A stretch of DNA of 64,000 nt from NCBI GenBank assembly GCA_950097015.1, contig CATNEN010000007.1, forward strand, positions 4,650,001-4,714,000, given 5' to 3'. The DNA is from Macrostomum hystrix. Lineage: Eukaryota; Animalia; Platyhelminthes. The position numbers and the translations under genes were made by a program. Below are positions 38,701 to 51,363 of the stretch, in pieces; within the stretch, counting starts at the first letter, position 1; each line of letters starts with the position of its first letter. The notes beneath the pieces were generated by a model. The model saw nothing but the letters and a program-made list of their open reading frames with translations. It had not been told where the DNA came from and did not search any database.

Positions 38701-40679
38701 TCGAGGCCGGCTTGATGTAGTCGGTCGGGTCGGTGGCCTGCGGCTGCTGGGACTGCAGCAGCTGCTGCTGCTGCTGCTGCCGCTGCCGGGCCTGGCCCGG
38801 GTCGTAGTCGTCGCTTGCGCCGCTGGCCGAGGACTCCGGCCGGTCGAAGGCGCCACCGGCGGCGGACTCGCCCGTCGGCTGCAGGGTGCGGCTCAGCCGC
38901 TCTTCAAATCCATCGAGAGCCTGCATCGTGGCGTTGGCCTCCAGGCGACGGCGCTGCTGACGACGGTGATCGATGGCGGCAGCCGTGCGGTTCGGCGGCG
39001 GCTTTGGAATGTGCACAATCGCCGCTCTATGGGTCGGGATTGTGTTGGGTTGGATAAGGGTTAGTCGACCCGCATGACCTCTGCGTCCAAACACATTCAC
39101 AATAACCCTCATTGGCGTAAATTGCACTGCATTCCCCCCTAGCATTCTCTTCACGGCTGCCACTACAAATTAATGAGACCACGACGAAGATTAGTGAGCT
39201 GAGAAAACCTTTTTGTTAGAGCTTAAAGAATTTCCAAAAAATCTCCTTTCTGGCAAACTAGCAGGACTCACTGGATCTTGGCCATCTGCTCTGTCTGCAT
39301 CAGCTGCACTTGCTTGCTCCTGTCCAGTTGCTTCTGCCGCTTGTCCTGGTTGTCCCGCCTGTGCGCCTCGGCGCTCTCGATGCGGCCCTTCAGCGCCCGC
39401 TCCTCCAGTCGCACCTGGTGCTGATGGAACCTGTCGATGAGCTCCTGCAGATTGAGATCCGTCTGGCGCGGCGTCACCTGTTTCAGCCGCTGGCGATAAA
39501 TCAGCGACTCCATGCTCTGAAGCTTGGCCGGCGCGGCCGGGCGCATCGTTTCCATGGCGACACCAGTCAGATTGGCCTTCTTTTTGTTCTCCAAAGCGAT
39601 GAAGATCTGGTACATGATGCGAGTGGCGGTTCCCGGCTCCTCGGTCATTATGGCACGGGCCGTGCTGGTGTCGAAGGGCACACCGAGCAGGTGCAGCACC
39701 GGCTCGATCCTGGTAAAGTTGTTAATCTTGGACTCGGACACCCTGGAGTTAAAGAGGCAAGCAGCTGATTGTTTTCCACGGAAACTACGAAGAATAGCAT
39801 TGTGGGCTGTTAAATAATTTGTGATTTGTACGATAAGGGACCCTATGCAAAATGTTGATGGCTAACCTGGACTTCGAGAAGCGGTCAAAGTCATCCTGCA
39901 ACTCGTATTTGTGCAGCACTTCGCCGATCAGGTAGCCGTTTGCGAATTCCTTCTCAAAATTCTCGGGATCTGTGCGGAAAAAATGTTTTTAATTTCAGAT
40001 CGCTAATTTCACTCTCTGAGTGGCTAACAAATGAACTTGAGACAGATTTAATTAAATTTAGAATTCTCAAAAAGGAGGTATTTCTAACTTAATTGCATTC
40101 GAGTGTTAAAAATTTTAACTTTATTAGAACGTTGAATAATTTTATTAAAACAAAAAAGGAATATACACTTGTATAATAAGTATACAATATGTTTCTTGTG
40201 AGAGTACATGTTTTCTTAGAAGTTTTTTGTGTTCGAGTAGTTTTTTTGCCGATTGTTTAAAATCTTCAATGCAAACTCTTGACTTAGTATTCATCATTAG
40301 GTAAAAAACTACATTCTCTAAAAATACAAACTGAATAGGAAACAAAATTGTATTATACACTTTATACTACAATAACTCCCTTTAATGTTAAATAAGGACC
40401 TACAATGAAATGCAGTGAAATTTTCATCAACAGAACATTTATGATTAAAAAATAATAATATACTAGTGTAAAGACTCTTAATTGGGTCTAAAAAGAAATA
40501 TAAGTTTCACATATTGTGCATTATATTGAGTGTATATAAAACAAAGCCTATCTGAACCAGTACAAAAAACGAATAACAAAAAATAATCGAATTTTTTAAA
40601 ATTTATAAAAATTGAACTTACTTATACAAGTCGAGAGCTCAAGGCTCTTATTTAACCAGTCACAAAGTATTTCGGTCAT
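29733..40679 (-). CDS. SPEF2: Sperm flagellar protein 2 (KPL2), 13 core exons, ~1995 aa
   Basis: Exons 40622-40679, 39867-39969, 39272-39742, 38357-39026, 37368-37859, 37192-37294, 36647-37083, 36054-36449, 34577-35967, 32702-33530, 31463-31630, 30764-31300 and 29733-30065 have consistent phases. Features: N-terminal CH domain MTEILCDWLN...FANGYLIGEVLHKYELQDDF, P-loop GKLFSGKS, adenylate-kinase-like GWILDGFP, and C-terminal EF-hand-like DLDQSDSGFVTREQY. Confidence 0.93.
30125..30715. repeat. 26-bp minisatellite filling the last SPEF2 intron
   Basis: About 21 copies of cacaatggtcatttcatctgagcttc. Confidence 0.95.
31746..31759. promoter_or_regulatory. RFX X-box-like palindrome inside a SPEF2 intron
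   Basis: GTAACCATGGTAAC is one mismatch from GTTACCATGGTAAC and lies ~115 bp before exon 31630. Confidence 0.4.
37870..38172. repeat. 11-bp minisatellite in SPEF2 intron 4
   Basis: About 27 copies of gagcaga(c/t)ggt, running up to the acceptor at 37860. Confidence 0.95.
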
Positions 40680-40771
40680 TTTCGCGCCCACAATCTATCG
40701 CTGCGATGTATGCAGACCATGAAATGGTTCGATTGCAAGTCATTTAAAATGCTGCCAATCGCATAGCTTTG

Positions 40772-40785
40772 GTTGCTATGGCCAA
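40772..40785. promoter_or_regulatory. RFX X-box-like motif upstream of SPEF2
   Basis: GTTGCTATGGCCAA lies ~93 bp upstream of the SPEF2 ATG, and a second site, GTTGCCATGGAGCC, is at 41342-41355. Ciliary genes are typically RFX targets. Confidence 0.5.
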
Positions 40786-42714
40786 AATAATCTTCGTTAT
40801 TCACGAGCGTTCGTTTATAAATAAAATCTATATATATAATATTTATAAATGTTTTTTCTTTATTAGCCTGTGCCTTTATTTGATTTTCATACATACACAC
40901 TCTTTTTATCGAGAATCAATTATGCATAGATGCAATAAACAGGGCTTGGCTTAATTTTAAATACAAATAATACCATTCTTTGAACACCATTCAGGTACAA
41001 GTCCAAGTGATATCGTCCAATTATGTTAAACTATAAAGTGAAATTGTTAATTCGCAGTTTTATATTGAATATTACTCGGGGTGCTGCAAAATTCTCTGGA
41101 ATGTGGTTGCTGTGCAGGAATGGACAATCATATGTTAATCGGGAATATCATGTATTTATTTAAAGCGTTTGAATACCGTAAGATTACTAACTATTAATGG
41201 TACATTAATATCAAATTAGATCCTTGTGAATAAGCGTCTAAGTTCTGTGAGTTGATACAAAACCAGTTGTTTAACACTTCAAAAAACACATGACTAGCTG
41301 AACTCTAGCGTAAATGTGATTTCATCATGAAGCATTGCGGGGTTGCCATGGAGCCCGGCCCCAGTTACCTAATTCATCGGGAAACTTATGCAGATTCAAC
41401 TGCTACTGCGGTCGCTGTTATTCAAAGATAATAAATCACAGTAGTTGTATTGGCCCGCCAATGCCAATGCATTTGCCGCTCAACAGCTTCGTCAGAGAGA
41501 GATTACAAGCAATGACACGCCATTGTTTGTGGCTCGCGCAATGACAACAAACTGTCAGCTGTGAGGCGAAAGCAAGGGCCGTGCGGTTTGTGGCATAGGA
41601 TGTCACCTTTTTAGACTACTTTTATGAAGTAGACAATAGGTCACTGTCCAAATGGGGGCAGAATGTATAACACACAAGGTCCCTGTGAGGACGAGGAGTC
41701 AAGAAAAATGTTTGTTTTACTTTTGAAATGAAATATTAGATCAAACGTATTTAAATTACAGCGATAAAGTATGGAATTACATAGTTCAAATAAAACAATT
41801 CGTTAAACGTAGCTCGTAAATACCTTATTAAAATAATTACAATATCAAATACTGGCCAACTATGCCCCAATGTTTTTACCCCAATATGACCCAAGCCATC
41901 CATTTTGTTTTATTTTTGCTTCTGCAGCTCATTAAATGAGTTCTCTCAATCTCTTCTAACAGTGGTGCAATGCCACATACCCCACAATGGGCTAGTCTGT
42001 TTTTTTCAACGTTAAATTATTTTTGCCGAATTCACAATGAAGTTTATTCTTAGATTCTGGCTCAATTAATGTCAGCATTTTTAACAGTATAGAAAGACAC
42101 GGGGTGCGTATTTCAAATACACACTTAATATAAATAAATGATTATTAATAACTTATTTACACACTTTTGGACCCAAATGGATTTCTCTATCTATTTGCAA
42201 TCGGGCCCGGGGCACTTGTCGCACAAGCGACGGAGCGGCACGCCCCCAGACCGGCGAACTTTAGCGCCCATCGCGCCGCCCCCCTGAGCAGGCACCACAT
42301 ACAGCAGCACAGACCAGCCGGGGAGGGCAGGAGGCACCCAGAATAGGCAGCAGTGCCCCCTGAGGACTGATTTCTTATCAGCTTTCCCCCCCGGCTTGGT
42401 CTGCTCTGTGCGTGTGTGGGGGGCCGGGTGATGAGTGTACACTTATCCAATCGCGCTGACGGAAGTCCAGAAAGCGCGCGGCAGAACACCCGCCCCCCAG
42501 CCACCCTCCAAGGCCTCACGCCCCAGCGCCAACGCACACAACGCAGAACAGGCACACAGAATTGCACGAAATATGGTGCACCTCCGCCGGTCGCTACTGT
42601 CCAAAACCCCCCAACAAGCCCCGAAATTAATCGTGACTTGAAGGGAGAATCGAGCTAGCGTCCATTGGAGTGCGAGGCAGCAACGCTAGCCGCTGACCCA
42701 CTCGCCCCCAACCC

Positions 42715-42945
42715 ATATGGATTCACCATGGAGGTTTATGCAGAGCAATGCTAGTTGTCCCTGTCACCGGGGTCTTCGACAAGAATCGCTGAATATCTCG
42801 ACGATGCTGGCCCGGACGGCTTTGAAAGTTGGTTCTTCGTGAAGTGTGGAAAGCTTGATCTATATGGTGGACTTTGACGAAAATCGGTCATTCGGATTGG
42901 GAGCTATCGTGAAGTTGGCAGCGGGTATTTGAAACACCCCGCTGT
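42715..42945. repeat. Dispersed repeat, copy 2 (same family as 28500-28740)
   Basis: Direct sequence similarity to copy 1. Confidence 0.8.
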
Positions 42946-43140
42946 CTTTCCCCCAGGGGGAAAATAGTGTGGTCGGTCTACTGTTCCCGATAAACTTTTA
43001 AAGGAATCAGTGTATAGCAGCTTTAGTGTTTTCTTTTTATAAAATAAAATATAGAAAATAGAGAAGAAAATTTTTTTCTTTCAAAATAAAGATTCGAGAA
43101 CTAACAAACTAATTTTTGTTTACACCTGCCCAAAATTGGG

Positions 43141-43412
43141 CCAGATGTGCAGCCGACAGCACAGCCGCAGCTATTGCGCGGCGCATCTGCAGGCAGCGTA
43201 CGGCTGTTCAGTCCATGGACTGGGGTGACGCTACACGCAGCCTCACTTACCCCAGCTAATGCTGGTACCCATTTTTAATCAGCTGGGTGAACTGAAGCAA
43301 TACAGAGTGATGTGTCTTGCTAAATGACACAAATTGTACCAGTGGAGTCGGGAATCGAACCCCGACCTTCAGGTTGTGAGTCCGACATCCTAAGCCAAGA
43401 AGCTACAACCTC
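43141..43412 (-). mobile_element. tRNA-derived SINE family 1, full length
   Basis: Minus strand reads GTAGCTTCTTGG...GGTTCGATTCCC head, agcaagacac...tcagttcacccagctg...aaatgggtacc CORE-like block, and gctgcacatctgg end. Confidence 0.85.
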
Positions 43413-44029
43413 TTTAAAAAAGATTATATACATCTAGTAGGTGAGCAACGATAGATGGAAATAAGAAGCATTTCTTTACTAGTATATAATTGTTATTACA
43501 GTAATAGAGGGCGCAATACTAATATTGCATTAGTATTAGATTGTTAGCTTTGTCGCTACTGTCTGCATGCCTACTGCACACGGCTATATGAACTGCCATT
43601 TCAGCCAGACTAATGAATGGTTCTTCCCCCTCTGTCTCTGGATTGAGAGAGGGCCTGGAATTTACAGGAATGCTCAAACTCAAAGCAAATGTCTGTTGTC
43701 CGTACCCATCTGTATCTCAGTCGCCTCTGCTTCTCTGTCCATTTCTCTCTCAGCTCTCAACTCTAACATTGCTCAAACAGTAGCAAAAGACCAAGAATGA
43801 CAAAAAAGAGGCCGACAAGCCGCTGAGAGTCACAGAGACGAAGGCGAGGGACAGAGTAGACAGCTGGGTCTGGTTTAAAAGCAGTCATAAATTAGTGTTT
43901 CACCTGCTGAGCACTTTATTGCCTCCAAATCTTTAATAATTTGTCCAAGTACTCAAAACTGAGCCGACTAGTCTGAGCACCCTACTCAATTCGACTCCGA
44001 TTTGGTGGAACTCAAACTCGGCGCCAGTC

Positions 44030-47000
44030 ATGATGCGCGATCAGATGCGGCGCATCGGTTCGTTTCTGAAGCGAGACTCGCACACCGAGGCCGGACAGAG
44101 GCGGAGGAAGAGGTGACAGAAATCAGGCACCAGCTGCACCCATGTATCACTGAGTCAGGACACAATGACCAGCTTTAACATTGTAACAGTCTTCTTTCAT
44201 TAGAGTCGCATTTTTCTATTTAACAACAGCTTTTTTCTGTATCTCCTAAAATATTTAACCAGAATATTTAGTCATGAAAATCCAGAATGCAAGCTGAAAT
44301 TTTCCGAAAGGTCGGGAGTTCGAACCTCAGCCGTGTTTTTGGGGGCCTCCCCAGTTCACGGTCTGAATAGCTGTAGACAGTCGTTGGAAGCATTGCGGCT
44401 GGGCCATTGGCTGCACATCATTTCTATTATTATAGCTCGTATTTTTTCAGTCACCATAAGTTAAATAAATAGAAGCACTTTTTCCGTTTAGAGCATGACT
44501 TAGGAGCTATATGAAGGCCGCACAGCGTGTATAACTGACCGATATTTGTTTTGAGGCACAGCTCGCGCCGTGATTGGAATGGAGAGAATTTCGCGACGTG
44601 CATAAAAACGCTAGCAAAACTCGGACTAGAACTCAGACTAGAACTCAGACTAGAACTCAGACTAGAACTCAGACTAGAACTCAGACTAGAACTCAGACTA
44701 GAACTCAGACTAGAACTCAGACTAGAACTCAGACTAGAACTCAGACTAGAACTCAGACTAGAACTCAGACTAGAACTCAGACTAGAACTCAGACTAGAAC
44801 TCAGACTAGAACTCAGACTAGAACTCAGACTAGAACTCAGACTAGAACTCAGACTAGAACTCAGACTAGAACTCAGACTAGAACTCAGACTAGAACTCAG
44901 ACTAGAACTCAGACTAGAACTCAGACTAGAACTCAGACTAGAACTCAGACTAGAACTCAGACTAGAACTCAGACTAGAACTCAGACTAGAACTCAGACTA
45001 GAACTCAGACTAGAACTCAGACTAGAACTCAGACTAGAACTCAGACTAGAACTCAGACTAGAACTCAGACTAGAACTCAGACTAGAACTCAGACTAGAAC
45101 TCAGACTAGAACTCAGACTAGAACTCAGACTAGAACTCAGACTAGAACTCAGACTAGAACTCAGACTAGAACTCAGACTAGAACTCAGACTCGAACTCAG
45201 ACTAGAACTCAGACTGGAACTCAGACTAGAACTCAGACTAGAACTCAGACTAGAACTCAGACTAGAACTCAGACTAGAACTCAGACTAGAACTCAGACTA
45301 GAACTCAGACTAGAACTCAGACTAGAACTCAGACTAGAACTCAGACTAGAACTCAGACTAGAACTCAGACTAGAACTCAGACTCGAACTCAGACTAGAAC
45401 TCAGACTGGAACTCAGACTAGAACTCAGACTAGAACTCAGACTAGAACTCAGACTAGAACTCAGACTAGAACTCAGACTAGAACTCAGACTAGAACTCAG
45501 ACTAGAACTCAGACTAGAACTCAGACTAGAACTCAGACTAGAACTCAGACTAGAACTCAGACTAGAACTCAGACTAGAACTCAGACTAGAACTCAGACTA
45601 GAACTCAGACTCGAACTCAGACTCGAACTCAGACTAGAACTCAGACTAGAACTCAGACTAGAACTCAGACTAGAACTCAGACTAGAACTCAGACTCGAAC
45701 TCAGACTCGAACTCAGACTAGAACTCGGACTAGAACTCAGACTAGAACTCAGACTAGAACTCAGACTAGAACTCAGACTAGAACTCAGACTAGAACTCAG
45801 ACTAGAACTCAGACTAGAACTCAGACTAGAACTCAGACTAGAACTCAGACTAGAACTCAGACTAGAACTCAGACTAGAACTCAGACTAGAACTCAGACTA
45901 GAACTCAGACTAGAACTCAGACTAGAACTCAGACTAGAACTCAGACTAGAACTCAGACTAGAACTCAGACTAGAACTCAGAGTCATAAGGCGGGAACTCA
46001 AGGCAATCGATAAGACATCGTCAACATCCTGCAGGCGCCCCAGCAACCTGGCATTCAAGGCCGACCACTCGGCCTCGCCCCTGAAGTCAATCCTGCAGTC
46101 GCTGCTGACTCTCTACGGCCTGATGGCACTGATGCTGGGCGTGGTCATCCCCATCAGCGACGCCCTGGCCAAGCCGGTGGAACACGCCGACTACAGACAG
46201 GTGCGAAATTGTCACAGCTGATTTATCAAATCAATCAAATATTAAATAATATTAGATTGGGCACTGGTATATCGTTTGGTGCCAGTAGACCAGCAGCCAG
46301 CGAGGAGGCAATTCTGCGCATTCCGCTGACTCCTGAGCACACACGCACACAGATACCGTACGCAGGCACACGCTCACACAGGTGTACATCTGCCCTGACT
46401 TTCTCATCGTCATGCAGTGTAAACTCTCATTGTGCCTTGGAGGCTGGCCCTCAAGGGCGAAAATTGTACAAGCCCCAAGCCTTCTCTCCGCGGCTGCGCC
46501 CCAAATAAATTTGGCCTCGCCGTGGAATCGAACCTAGGGATCTTGGTGCCTAACGCGGGACAACCGCGTTAACCGCTCTGCCAGTGACCCCCCTGCCGCA
46601 AGATTGATTATCCGGATTAAAAACTCTTATGGTGACAGTGAGTCCTATCCCCTGCAGATGTTCTACATCTACATGCACGGAGTCGGCATTGGCTGCGTCG
46701 TGTACCTCAACACGCTGATCTCCTGCCATCAGCACCATCGGGCGGCGGACTTCGTAACTGATGACCAACACACCGTCAGCTTCAACATGGAGCCCGGAGC
46801 CGCGCCTTCCACGTCTGCGTATCCGGCCGCGGCCGAGCAGCCTCAGGTGCCGTTTTACCTGTCCAATGACAACGACGACAACGGCACACCGCAGCCGGAC
46901 GATCATTCGAGAGCGCCGACACTCTGCGCAAGGAACGGAGGCCCGGCTGACTATGCCGACAGAGACGCGGTACAAATCGAGCTGGCTACTCAGCTGGTCG

Positions 47001-50000
47001 ATAATCCGATCTACGAGGAGTCCGGGCCACAGCGGGCCGAGGACGTCCCTATGGCGCCGGCTGAGCTGGAGGTGGAGTTCAGCAATGGCCCGGCCGCCGC
47101 CGGCGTCCCAAATCGGCGTCGTCGGCGTGTCTCGTCGCACAAGAAGCTCGTGACGAGCGTGCAGAAGAAGTTCTCAATGACCTGGCGGTCCCAGCTCGCT
47201 CAACTGGGCAAGTACCGGCAGTGGCTTTGAAACCCTGTTGAATTTTATTGCGGCGAAGGACACGAGAACAGTACTCAACTTTAGGCGAATGTATACCCTC
47301 AGATGGTTCAATGAAGCATGCCGTGAAACCAATCACCTGGTCTGCAGTCGGAGTCAATCTGTACCTGCGACTTGGAGCCATTGGTGAGATCATACACTGC
47401 TGACTTATCTCCAAGATAATCTCACATCCAAGATCATCCCATCTCCAGGATGATCCCATCTCCAGGATGATCCCATCTTCAGGGTGTGATCCCATCTCCA
47501 GGGTGTGATCCCATCTCCAGGGTGTGATCCCATCTCCAGTGTGTGATCCCATCTCCAGGGTGTGATCCCATCTCCAGGATGATCCCATCTCCCAATTTCC
47601 CACCCAGTGTTCGGTTTCGGCGTGATGGTGCACGACGGTTTTAAGATTGCCGACGTCCTGGAGAGGCCTGGTAGTGAGGCTTGCGTGGGCCCGTGGTTCC
47701 TGCCGAAGCACTGCATCCACCTGCTGTTCATCATGTGCCAGACCTACTACGTGTTCAAGCACCACAGGGTGACCATCAACACGCAGAAGGCCATGGTGCG
47801 CTTCGTATTCGTGCACCTGATTGTCACCAACCTGTGCATCTGGGTCAAGACTGTCATCTACGAGATCAAGGTAGGCCTGAGCCACGGACACGGCAGTGGC
47901 GGCGGCGGCCACTACCCGGCCTACGGTAAAAACACCAGCTATGCCAAGATACTGTTGCATAACAACGATTCGGATCACAGCAATGTCTCGAGCTGTGAGT
48001 AAATAGACTGTATTTAAACCCTCCAAATCCCCACATTTTAAATCCCAATTCTCAAATCCAGATCTAGAATCCTAATTCTCTAATCCAGATCTAGAATCCC
48101 AATTCTCTAATCCAGATCTAGAATCCTAATTCTCTAATCCAGATCTAGAATCCTAATTCTCAAATCCAGATCTAGAATCCTAATTCTCAAATCCAGATCT
48201 AGAATCCCAATTCTCAAATCCAGATCTAGAATCCCAATTCTCTAATCCAGATCTAGAATCCTAATTCTCTAATCCAGATCTAGAATCCTAATTCTCAAAT
48301 CCAGATCTAGAATCCCAATTCTCTAATCCAGATCTAGAATCCCAATTCTCTAATCCAGATCTAGAATCCCTAATTCTCTAATCCAGATTTATAATCTCAA
48401 TTCTCAAATCCAGATCTAGAATCCCAATTCTCTAATCCAGATCTAGAATCCTAATTCTCTAATCCAGATCTAGAATCCTAATTCTCAAATCCAGATCTAG
48501 AATCCTAATTCTCTAATCCAGATCTAGAATCCCAATTCTCTAATCCAGATCTAGAATCCTAATTCTCTAATCCAGATCTAGAATCCCAATTCTCTAATCC
48601 AGATCTAGAATCCCAATTCTCTAATCCAGATCTAGAATCCTAATTCTCAAATCCAGATCTAGAATCCCAATTCTCTAATCCAGATCTAGAATCCCAATTC
48701 TCTAATCCAGATCTAGAATCCCTAATTCTCTAATCCAGATCTAGAATCCCAATTCTCTAATCCAGATCTAGAATCCCAATACTCTAATCCAGATCTAGAA
48801 TCCCAATTCTCTAATCCAGATCTAGAATCCCTAATTCTCTAATCCAGATCTAGAATCCTAATTCTCTAATCCAGATCTAGAATCCCAATCCTCTAATCCA
48901 GATTTATAATCCCAATTCTCTAATCCAGATCTAGAATCCCAATCTAGAATCCCAATTCTCTAATCCAGATCTAGAATCCCAATCTAGAATCCTATTCCCC
49001 AATCAGTTTCATATATCCTATGACAAATGAAATGGTCAAACTTCATTCTAAGAAAAGTTTCGCCGTTCCGCATCCGCAGCAGACGACGGCTGCCACGGGC
49101 GGTACATAGAGGAGAACAGTCCGTCCTACAAGCTGGGTCCCTACCTGTACCCGTGCGCTGTGGAGTACGGCCTCATCTGCGCCGCCATCTGCTACAAGTT
49201 TTTTAGCCGAGTCGGCGACTGCGAGGTGGTGCCCTACGGCAGGAAGGAGCAGCCGGTGGGGCCCAGGTCCACCACCTGCCACAAGTCGCACAAGGGTTTG
49301 TTCCTGGGCCTCATCATCATGATCTGCGTGCTGGTGCCAATGATCAGCCTGATATTCCTGCAGAGGGCCGAGGCCTCAGCCTACAAGTGAGCTTTGGAGC
49401 TTGGGGAGTGAGATTTTGAAACTGAGGAATGAGGTTTTGAAACTGAGGAATGAGGTTTTGAAATTGAGGAATGAGATTTTGAAATTGAGGAATGAGATTT
49501 TGAAACTGAGGAATGAGGTTTTGAAACTGAGGAATGAGGTTTTGAAACTGAGGAATGAGATTTTAAAATTGAGGAATGAGATTTTGAAACTGAGGAATGA
49601 GATTTTGAAACTGAGGAATGAGATTTTGAAACTGAGGAATGAGATTTTGAAACTGAGGAATGAGATTTTGAAACTGAGGAATGAGATTTTGAAACTGAGG
49701 AATGAGAGTTTGAAACTGTGGAATGATAGTTTGAAACTGAGGAATGAGATTTTGATACTGATGAATGAGATTTTGAACCTGAGGAATGAGAGTTTGAAAC
49801 TGAGGCATAAGGTTTTGATACTGATGAATGAGATTTTGAAAATAAGGAACGAGATTTTGAAGCGGTGGATCAAGATTTTGAGCATGGGAGTTTCAAATTG
49901 AATTAACAAAATTTTCAGCTAGAGGAATGTAGCAATGAGATGTTCACTTAAGAATGAGAATTTGAAAACGATACGTCAAAGATTCACACTGAACCACGAT

Positions 50001-51363
50001 ATCTGAGAGGTTGGATATTTTTTTCTAGAAGCGATTCGACAGAAATAATAATAAAATTATTCATAAAATAATATGCATGTTGAGTGTAACTTAGGTAACG
50101 CAGTTAGAGTGTAACCACGACGCGGACTCTATAACTATATGTATTGATTTCGATTTGATTTGAATCGCCCAGGGATCTGTACATCCTGGCCGTGATCCTC
50201 ATCGAATGCTTTGTCTTGTGCTTCACCACCGGCATGGCCCTCTGCGGCACAGTGAAGGCCATTCGCAACCTCCAGCTGTACAAGGTGCGCGGCAACGAGG
50301 CGTTCGACGTCAACCTCCTGTTTGTGGGGCTGGCTGGCATTGTCTGCTACAACCTGTTCGTGGCCATCTCTGTGGGAGCCTGCCTCATGGACACCAGCGA
50401 AGGGGATCATTGCCGCTGGGGCGGGCAGGTGAGCTACTCCGCAGCTCGAAAACAAGTGAAACATTCCAATTCGAGGATTGGAGAATGGGGAGCTTAACGG
50501 ATTGGGACTCAAGATGAGGATTTAGGGCCCCTGGACTCAAGATGAGGATTTAGGGCATTGGGATTCAAGATGAGGATTTAGGGCATTGGGATTCAAGATG
50601 AGGATTTAGGGCATTGGGATTCAAGATGAGGATTTAGGGCATTGGGATTCAAGATGAGGATTTAGGGCATTGGGACTCAAAAATGAGGATTTAGTACTTT
50701 GGGATTCAAGATAAGTGGATTAAGGGCATCGGGATTCAAGATGAGGATTTAGTTCATTGGGATTTAAGATAACGGGATTAAGGGCATCGGGATTCAAGAT
50801 GGTAATTTAGGGGTGTCGGAATTCAAAATGAGGATTTTGGGCATTGTGATTCTCAAAGGAAAATTATCTGATAGGGATTAAAAATGAAGAAAATAGTATT
50901 GGGGACTTTAGATGAGTTTTAGACTTCGCTGAGCAGCAGGTAGCAGGATTTGAAAGGCATCTCAAGTCCCAATCATTTTGTCTCGCAGGCCGAGTTTCTC
51001 ACCACGAAGGCGAACGGCTTCAAGTCGCTCATAGAGGTCATGCAGTCGGTCATTCAGACGCTGTTTATCATGCAGGCCATCCAGCGGAAAGTCACAACGC
51101 GCCTCATCGAGCGGCTGCACAAGCCGGGCCGCGGCGTCACCATCGCCCTGCTGATCGCCAACCTGGCCATGTGGATCGCCTCGGTGTTCGAGGTTCAGCG
51201 CAATATCGCCGAGAACTTCCTGCTGAGCTACTTCGGCGAAATGCCCTGGAACATCATCAAGTACATCTTCCTGCCGCTCATCATCTTCTTCCGGTTCCAC
51301 TCCACAGTCTGCCTGTCCGAGATCTGGATCCAGAGCTACAAGCCGCCGAAGGGCCAACACTAG
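44030..51363 (+). CDS. OTOP: Otopetrin-family proton channel
   Basis: Proposed exons: 44030-44112, 45981-46200 (or starting at 44562), 46658-47207, 47303-47383, 47608-47994, 49080-49386, 50173-50428 and 50989-51363. Hallmarks: NLYLRLGAIVFGFG, FVHLIVTNLCIW, LGPYLYPCAVEYGLIC, CHKSHKGLFLG and IFFRFHSTVCL. The symbol is family-level only, and the first exon and the 47207 donor are less certain. Confidence 0.9.
44320..44435 (+). mobile_element. SINE fragment related to family 1
   Basis: B-box-like GAGTTCGAACC, cagttcac, and a 3' end ggctgcacatc plus (ATT)n as in family 1, but with a different body. Confidence 0.55.
44620..45980 (+). repeat. 12-bp minisatellite (ctagaactcaga) x ~113
   Basis: Very homogeneous array with nine variant units seen. 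Confidence 0.97.
46245..46593 (-). mobile_element. tRNA-derived SINE family 2 (in otopetrin intron)
   Basis: Minus-strand head with TGGCAGAGCGG (A box) and GGTTCGATTCC (B box). The body matches 8505-8885. Confidence 0.82.
47425..47592 (+). repeat. 17/19-bp minisatellite in otopetrin intron
   Basis: gatcccatctccagggtgt and gatcccatctccaggat units. Confidence 0.9.
48045..48995 (+). repeat. 26-bp minisatellite in otopetrin intron
   Basis: About 36 copies of tctaatccagatctagaatcc(c/t)aatt. Confidence 0.95.
49405..49880 (+). repeat. 21-bp minisatellite in otopetrin intron
   Basis: About 22 copies of gagattttgaaactgaggaat, degrading towards the 3' end. Confidence 0.93.
50500..50840 (+). repeat. 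28-bp minisatellite in the last otopetrin intron
   Basis: About 11 copies of gggattcaagatgaggatttagggcatt. Confidence 0.9.

Noticed and set aside
6601-40679. Functional cilia/sperm gene cluster (SPATA18 plus SPEF2)
   Set aside because: Two testis- or cilia-associated genes separated by unrelated genes is within chance, and I found no convincing shared regulatory motif at SPATA18.
42187-42660. GC-rich segment with 60-126 aa ORFs on both strands
   Set aside because: No motifs or coherent splice structure. It ends in TGCAAATA on the minus strand like a retroposon tail, but there is too little to call.
44451-46058. Long poly-Ser ORF (minus) and (TQTR)n ORF (44574-46013)
   Set aside because: Both are translations of the 12-bp array in frames not linked to any exon. 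Only the LELR frame is in phase with otopetrin.
46510-46593. tRNA genes at SINE heads (also 43330-43412 and 17416-17490)
   Set aside because: A and B boxes are present but there is no acceptor-stem pairing, and each continues into a shared SINE body.
49401-49909. (LRNEILK)n coiled-coil ORF in otopetrin
   Set aside because: A stop (TGA at 49388-49390) directly follows the donor, so the 21-bp array is not in frame with the exon.
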